From a virus (lineage: Duplodnaviria; Heunggongvirae; Uroviricota; Caudoviricetes), in IMG/VR virus record IMGVR_UViG_2663762839_000016, positions 1-13,591 of that record: a stretch of DNA of 13,591 nt; one strand, 5' to 3'. Position 1 is the first letter of the stretch. Each line of letters begins with the position of its first letter. Both the position numbers and the translations under genes were made by a program. This document shows positions 8,289-13,591 of this stretch, in pieces. Below the pieces are notes generated by a model. That model was not told the origin of the DNA, did not search any database, and worked only from the letters and a program-made list of their open reading frames with translations.

Positions 8289-8729
8289 GGCTCTGCATTA
8301 CCTGTTGGTGTGCCTGTTCCATGGCCTTCAGCCACACCGCCAACAGGCTGGCTGAAATGCAATGGTGCGCCTTTTTCTGCAGAAGAATACCCGGAACTGG
8401 CCAAGGCTTATCCGACAAATAAATTGCCTGATTTACGTGGTGAGTTTATTCGTGGATGGGATGATGGGCGCGGGGTTGATAATGGAAGAAGTATCCTGTC
8501 CTCTCAGAGTGACACATTACAAGACCACGGCCATAAGTCGATAAGGTTGCGATCTGTTGGCGCAAACGGGGGAAATATTCCAGTTCCCGATGGCGGCGCT
8601 GATTTCACTGGAGATGCTGACTTAATCAATGCGATTTCAGTCCATGCATTTAACGGTGGGGTTCCAAGAGTATCGGGAGAAACACGCCCCCGCAACATTG
8701 CATTTAACTACATCGTGAGGGCTGCATAA
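8277..8729 (+). CDS. alternative (currently unexpressed) tail-fibre C-terminal segment Hv'
   Basis: Begins at the G-L-G-E codons of the crossover site, in frame; ends ...NIAFNYIVRAA, matching the P2 H C-terminus as I recall it. The upstream ATG at 8235 lies outside the invertible segment and is probably not a real start. Confidence 0.7.
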   Translation, partial: GLGEGSALPVGVPVPWPSATPPTGWLKCNGAPFSAEEYPELAKAYPTNKLPDLRGEFIRGWDDGRGVDNGRSILSSQSDTLQDHGHKSIRLRSVGANGGNIPVPDGGADFTGDADLINAISVHAFNGGVPRVSGETRPRNIAFNYIVRAA

Positions 8730-9328
8730 TGACACAGGCAAAATTAAACAGTGAATTTATTGCCACAGTAGCGGGTGATATTACCGTCTATAACTATGAC
8801 AACACGACACGGGAATACATTTCATCATCAACAGAATATCTTGCCGTTGGCGTCGGTATCCCGGCATGTTCTTGTTTAGATGCACCAGTTACACATAAAG
8901 CTGGTTATGCAATCTGCCGTTCTGCAGATTTTAACTCATGGGAATATGTACCAGACCATCGCGGTGAAATCATCTATAGCACCGAAACAGGAGAATCGAA
9001 AGAAATCACAGCTCTGGGTGATTACCCTGAAAATACAACCACTATCGCCCCGTTAACGCCATATGATAAATGGGATGGTGAGAAATGGGTGACGGATACC
9101 GAGGCACAATATAGCGCCGCAGTGGACGCGGCAGAAATCCAACGCCAGTCACTGATTGATGCTGCAATGGCTTCCATTAGTCTGATTCAGCTGAAATTAC
9201 GGGCCGGACGGAATCTGACGCAGGCAGAAACCGCCCGACTTAACGCTGCGCTGGATTACATTGACGCGGTGACGGCAACTGATACCAGCACCGCGCCGGA
9301 TATCAATTGGCCTGAACTGTACGTCTAG
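8729..9328 (+). CDS. tail fibre assembly protein (Tfa/gpG-like, 199 aa), paired with Hv'
   Basis: ...WDGEKWVTDTEAQ...NAALDYIDAVTATDTSTAPDINWPE resembles lambda Tfa / P2 G-type chaperones; immediately downstream of Hv'. Confidence 0.75.
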   Translation: MTQAKLNSEFIATVAGDITVYNYDNTTREYISSSTEYLAVGVGIPACSCLDAPVTHKAGYAICRSADFNSWEYVPDHRGEIIYSTETGESKEITALGDYPENTTTIAPLTPYDKWDGEKWVTDTEAQYSAAVDAAEIQRQSLIDAAMASISLIQLKLRAGRNLTQAETARLNAALDYIDAVTATDTSTAPDINWPELYV

Positions 9329-9537
9329 CTTACCATTACCCACGTGGGTAGCCCATTGCTACCCGCCGCTCGTTTCATTCCCTCCGGAGGCGTCCCTAAA
9401 AACTTCAGAGCCATATCGTCATCGACGGGCTTAATATCATCAGGCAGAATGCCATTTGAACGGTATGCATTGAGTAATACTGCCGGATAAAATTGATTCG
9501 TTGTCGCGCTATAAAAGTAAATATTCATTATCACCAT
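9325..9537 (-). CDS. short tail-fibre-assembly-like ORF (70 aa) paired with the expressed fibre C-terminus; possibly truncated
   Basis: N-terminus MNIYFYSATTNQFYPAVLL... looks like a fibre-assembly chaperone N-terminus, but the ORF is about a third the length of its inverted partner. Confidence 0.45.
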   Translation of the reverse strand: MVIMNIYFYSATTNQFYPAVLLNAYRSNGILPDDIKPVDDDMALKFLGTPPEGMKRAAGSNGLPTWVMVS

Positions 9538-10670
9538 CCCTTCGCATACCAGTTACATGTCAAATTTGCCGGATTAACGTTATTACCCTCTGCCGTTGCG
9601 CAGCCAACCCTGAATTTTGAGTTGCTGACAGGGAATGCCTGTGAAATCTCGGCATATGACGTGTCATTCGGATCCGAGCTAATTAAAACGAACGCACAAC
9701 GGTTCGGGAATGGGATGACAAAATCTCCATCGCCGTTTCCATAATTACCGCGCCCCCATTGCTCAAGAAATCCATCTGGCGTCAACCGCCACCCGTAATC
9801 TGCTTTCAGCGATGTCCATTTGCTCATATCAGGGATCTGATTTGCCCCAATCCCAACATCCCTTTTTGCCGCTTCTCCCAAACCAAGGTATGTGAGAAGA
9901 CCAGCTACATCCTTTCCACTCAAATTAGTCAGCGTATTGTCCAGCGGTTGTTTACCTGCCAGCGCATTAAGCATTGTCGTGGCAAAGTTCGGGTCATTCC
10001 CCAGCGCTGCCGCCAGTTCGTTCAGTGTATCCAGTGCCGCAGGTGCAGAACCCACCATTGCCGCAATCGCCGATTTCACAAATGCCGTGGTGGCAATCTG
10101 TGTATTGTTGACCGACTGTGCCGCCGTGGGGGCTGTTGGCGTTCCGGTGAGTGCCGGACTCGACAACGGTGCTTTTAGTGCCAGCGCATTGTTAATGGTG
10201 GTACTGAAATTCGGATCATTGTTAATGGCTGCGGCTATTTCTTTCAGCGTGTCCAGCGTGGCTGGCGCACCATTAATAAGGGCCGTCAGTGCCGCCTGTA
10301 CAAACGCAGTGGTCGCAACCTGCGTGGTATTATTCCCCGCCGCTGGCGTTGGCGCTTTGGGGGTTCCGGTAAATGTCGGGCTGGCTTTTGGCGCGTACTG
10401 TGAATGCGGGTCCGGTGCGGCAAGATGTTTTGCCATCTGATCATCCGCGTACACCTTCAGCGCAACCTGCTTTAAACGCGGCTGCGTCACCGTGCCGTCA
10501 GTGCGCATCACGCTGCGAAACTCCGACAGGTCCACATCAGGCCAGAACGGCGTGTTTCTGATGATTTCCGCCTGTTCCGGTGCCTGTTCTGGCGCAACAA
10601 ACTTCATGCTGCTTTCTCCTGAAATAAAGGGCGGTGGACGGGGTTTTGATGTGGTAGAGCCTTTCGCCAC
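9531..10670 (-). CDS. tail fibre protein (gpH-like repeat region and variable C-terminus) with an N-terminal ~70 aa that looks gpL-like; probable L'::'H fusion
   Basis: Residues ~80-260 match the P2 H central repeats (PALTGTPTAPTA...NTQIATTAFV...ALDTLNELAAALGNDPNFATTMLNALAGKQP). The N-terminus FWPDVDLSEFRSVMRTDGTVTQPRLKQ does not resemble a fibre N-terminus and lies where gene L follows M in P2. Confidence 0.7.
   Translation of the reverse strand: MAKGSTTSKPRPPPFISGESSMKFVAPEQAPEQAEIIRNTPFWPDVDLSEFRSVMRTDGTVTQPRLKQVALKVYADDQMAKHLAAPDPHSQYAPKASPTFTGTPKAPTPAAGNNTTQVATTAFVQAALTALINGAPATLDTLKEIAAAINNDPNFSTTINNALALKAPLSSPALTGTPTAPTAAQSVNNTQIATTAFVKSAIAAMVGSAPAALDTLNELAAALGNDPNFATTMLNALAGKQPLDNTLTNLSGKDVAGLLTYLGLGEAAKRDVGIGANQIPDMSKWTSLKADYGWRLTPDGFLEQWGRGNYGNGDGDFVIPFPNRCAFVLISSDPNDTSYAEISQAFPVSNSKFRVGCATAEGNNVNPANLTCNWYAKGW
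9873..9898. other. invertase crossover site (hix/gix-like) inside the tail fibre gene
   Basis: TTCTCCCAAACC-AA-GGTATGTGAGAA; its reverse complement shares the 12-bp half-site GGTTTGGGAGAA and the central dinucleotide with the site at 8263-8288. Confidence 0.7.
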
Positions 10671-10702
10671 CCCGTGCCGCCCGTGCGCGGGGGCACGTTC
10701 TG

Positions 10703-11107
10703 TCAGCGGCTGTCATTGCGCAGTCTGCGCTCCAGCTGCTGTTTGTCTTTTTTCACGCCACAGCGGGGATCGAGCTGTAACGCATGGTTGAGATGGTTAA
10801 GGGCAGAAGCCGGATTGCTTTCACTCAGGACAGCGCCAATCGCTTTATGCAGACGCGCCCGTGACTGGTCCGGCATATCCAGACCGTCTGTCAGCTCCAG
10901 CGTCTGCAACAACAGATCGGCATCAAAGCCGGTGGCGGCAAGCATTGCGCTCTGCGCCGCGTCTGCCATTTCCTCTGCCAGCACGGTCTGCACATTGCGG
11001 TTACCCAGCGGCATCACCCAGCCATGACGCAGGGCATGACGCCCGATCTCCAGCGCCCCGGCATAATCTCCGGCATCAATGCGCCACAGCATCACGTACA
11101 TCAGCAC
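10703..11107 (-). pseudogene. C-terminal fragment of terminase small/endonuclease subunit (gpM-like)
   Basis: MYVMLWRIDAGDYAGALEIGRHALRHG...LELTDGLDMPDQSRARLHK...GVKKDKQQLERRL resembles the C-terminal half of P2 gpM as I recall it; the N-terminal half and all genes between A and M are missing. Confidence 0.55.
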
Positions 11108-12753
11108 GTCATGCCAAAGAAGCGGAATTGCTGAACACGATGCAGAGACGCCCAGGCATTAACGTATTCAGCGTTATCACGCAGGGATTTACCCGTTTCC
11201 TTGCTGATCTCGCCAGCCAGACCACGCCCGTCAATGTTCTTACTGATGTATTTCGCGATGTAGCTTGTTGGCGTACCTTTGCGCGGGTTTATCAGCTCAG
11301 ACTTAAAGCGTGGCCCCGTGTTATTGCCCAGCTCCTCGCGGTCTTCACGGATGGCAAACTTACGCAACAATGCAGTAATGGCGCGGCGGTCTTTTTTACG
11401 CATGAAACACAACAGGTGCCAGTGAACTGTGCCGTCATGATGCGGCTCAGCCACCCGCACGCCATACCAGCGCAACCCGGCTTTGTGCATAGCCTTACGA
11501 AATGCAGCAAACATGCCGACCAGATAATCGCTGCTTTGTCTTACTGTCGCGTTGGTCCAGGTCGGGTTTGGCCTGCCGTTATTTAGCGTGGAATGGAAAC
11601 GTGACGGACAGGTGATGGTGTAGAAAACGGCGCAGTCACCACGCATTTCCGCGATAAGCTCCAGGCCTTTAACACAGGCCATCATCTCATTGCGGCGATG
11701 CGCCGGGTTGCTGCTGCTGGCGTTTACCACATCCTCCATGTTCAGCGTGTCGCCGTCTTCGTTCACCAGTTCATGAGAACGGAAAAACTCCAGCGACTTA
11801 CGGCGCTGCTCACGTTTATGCATCACGGCTTCATAGCTGACATAGGGAGATGCTTTTTTGCTGACCAGGCAGACAGCACGCAACTGCTCTTCCCACCATT
11901 CGCAACGCATCTTCCATAATTTCCGATACCACCAGTCGGCGCACAGCATACGCGCCAGCGAACCCGGAATGAGTTCATAGGGCACAGGTTTGCGGCGGTT
12001 TCTTTTCCGGCGGAGTTGCTCAAACGCAGGCGGTATGACATCCAGTCGCAGGGTTTCTGCAGCCACCTTTTCCCATGTCTTGCGGATTTCTTCTGGCTTA
12101 ACATCATCGGAGGCGTACAAATCACCACAAGCGGCATCAAGACACATGCTCATATGCGCAGCGACAAGGGTAGACAGGCGTTTCACCTGATCCTGACTCA
12201 TTTCAGGCAGGATCAGCAGACCGTCCAGCCCTTCATGGCTTGCCATAAAACGAAAAGATGCAGATAGCTGGCTGTCGCGTACATGCTCCAGTCGTTCCAG
12301 ACATGGCTTAATCGTCTCACGCAAATAGCGGGAATAAGCCTTTGGCCTGCCCAGGCTGCTGAAATATTCAATACGTTGCATCAGCGGCTTGCTGATATGG
12401 GAAGGCTGGGCGTTGACGTCGGCCAGAATGACCATGTCCGGATTAAAACGCTGCTGCTCATGCGCCATCTTTGCCCGGCTAATGAGCTTATCCTGCTCCA
12501 TTTCGCGTTGGACAGGATCACGGGATTCATTAAAGAAATAACGCTCCCAGACCTGATCACTCAGTGCCTCGCGGCGCAGTTGTTCCTGCTCGTTATCAGT
12601 AGCGTACAGAGTGATCAGGTTTGAAAGCGCAGAAACCGGCGCAACTTCCGCCGGGTCCAGATAAGGGTTAATGGCCTTTTTCGGGCTGTTCCATGAGAAC
12701 GATGCGGCAGCTTCGTTAAAGCCGCAGCAGTTGTTCATATCGGCATGACTCAT
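11101..12753 (-). pseudogene. rolling-circle replication initiator (gpA-like), C-terminally truncated
   Basis: HUH motif ([15 protein letters not shown]) and paired catalytic tyrosines ([12 protein letters not shown]) are present. The ORF stops about 35 aa after the Y motif, whereas I recall P2 gpA as ~761 aa. Confidence 0.7.
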
Positions 12754-12994
12754 GCACGTACTCCGTACACGGCAGAACTATCCACGCCACGCGAATAATC
12801 AAATCCCACCCAGCAGCGCGGCCCGGAAACAGCAATGATTTCTGTTGCTGATTTACCCTCGCCAGCTGCCACACCGATGCTGCGTTTTGCCTTGATGTAG
12901 TGGTGAGTAAAATTGCGATACAGCGAACGGATCAGGGATGTGTCACTGTTAGAAACAATGACCGGATGTCCTTCTGATGACCGATGTTCAAGAA
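12750..12994 (-). pseudogene. 5'-truncated phage gene fragment immediately upstream of A (the position of gene B in P2)
   Basis: ORF overlaps the A start by 4 nt; its apparent start codons lie within fliR-derived sequence, so the native 5' end is missing. Identity not recognised. Confidence 0.3.
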
Positions 12995-13591
12995 ATTGCC
13001 CCATCATTACCTGCCAACGATGTTCCTGTTTTTTCGTTCTTTGCTCTGTGGCTGGCCGTACAGCAGATCCTGATCGGTATTGCGCTTGGTTTTACCATGC
13101 AATTTGCCTTTGCCGCTGTGCGAACCGCTGGCGAAATTATCGGTCTGCAAATGGGGCTGTCATTTGCGACATTTGTCGATCCGGCCAGCCATCTTAATAT
13201 GCCCGTTTTAGCGCGTATCATGGATATGCTGGCGTTACTGCTGTTCCTGACATTTAACGGTCATTTATGGTTGATTTCACTGCTAGTCGATACCTTTCAC
13301 ACCCTGCCGATTGGTGGCGAACCGTTGAACAGCAATGCGTTTCTGGCACTCACCAAAGCAGGGAGTTTGATTTTCCTTAACGTGCTGATGCTGGCATTAC
13401 CGCTCATTACTCTGCTGCTGACCCTGAATCTGGCATTAGGCTTACTTAATCGTATGGCCCCGCAATTATCCATTTTTGTTATTGGATTTCCATTAACTCT
13501 GACTGTCGGTATCTCTTTAATGGCGGCATTAATGCCGTTAATTGCGCCTTTTTGCGAACATTTATTCAGTGAAATTTTTAATTTGCTGGCT
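12995..13591 (+). CDS. fliR: flagellar export-gate protein FliR, 5'-truncated (the N-terminal ~third missing); continues past the window end
   Basis: In-frame translation [77 protein letters not shown]...[12 protein letters not shown] matches enterobacterial FliR from about its first third onward; no native start codon or upstream fli sequence is present. Confidence 0.8.
   Translation, partial: MAPSLPANDVPVFSFFALWLAVQQILIGIALGFTMQFAFAAVRTAGEIIGLQMGLSFATFVDPASHLNMPVLARIMDMLALLLFLTFNGHLWLISLLVDTFHTLPIGGEPLNSNAFLALTKAGSLIFLNVLMLALPLITLLLTLNLALGLLNRMAPQLSIFVIGFPLTLTVGISLMAALMPLIAPFCEHLFSEIFNLLA

Larger units (their letters stand above)
1061..12994 (-). mobile_element. defective P2-like prophage remnant integrated at the 3' end of ssrA
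   Basis: P2 gene order (A ... M L ... H G ... FI FII E T U D ogr att) is preserved on the minus strand but with multiple internal deletions; no integrase, capsid, terminase large subunit, lysis or baseplate genes. Confidence 0.85.

Noticed and set aside
9892-10440. 182-aa plus-strand ORF
   Set aside because: Antisense to the tail-fibre repeat region; Ala/Ser/Val-rich low-complexity translation mirroring the fibre's own repeats.
10861-11586. 241-aa plus-strand ORF
   Set aside because: Antisense to the gpA-like and gpM-like ORFs, whose minus-strand translations carry recognisable motifs; no independent support.

Overview
Escherichia-type chromosomal window: smpB (1-483), then ssrA/tmRNA (698-1060, tag ANDENYALAA), then a heavily deleted P2-like prophage remnant on the minus strand, ending at a 5'-truncated fliR (~12995 to window end). 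Reading the minus strand from high to low coordinates the remnant holds: a 5'-truncated gene fragment, a C-truncated replication initiator (gpA-like), a C-terminal fragment of terminase subunit gpM, a tail-fibre ORF whose N-terminus looks gpL-like (probable L'::'H fusion), a short tail-fibre-assembly ORF, a Hin/Gin/Pin-type invertible segment (~1.6 kb, crossover sites at 8263-8288 and 9873-9898) carrying an alternative fibre C-terminus and assembly gene, the invertase, tail sheath FI, tail tube FII, chaperone E with a TTTTTTG slippery site, tape measure T, tail protein U, a frameshifted tail protein D, and the zinc-finger late activator Ogr. Head, terminase large subunit, lysis, baseplate, integrase and immunity genes are absent. 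Between ogr and ssrA sits an AT-rich convergent cargo ORF (1184-1666) encoding a small WYL-like plus BRCT-like protein, which is the best candidate for something undescribed. All homology calls are from reading the translations against recalled family sequences; no database search was run.
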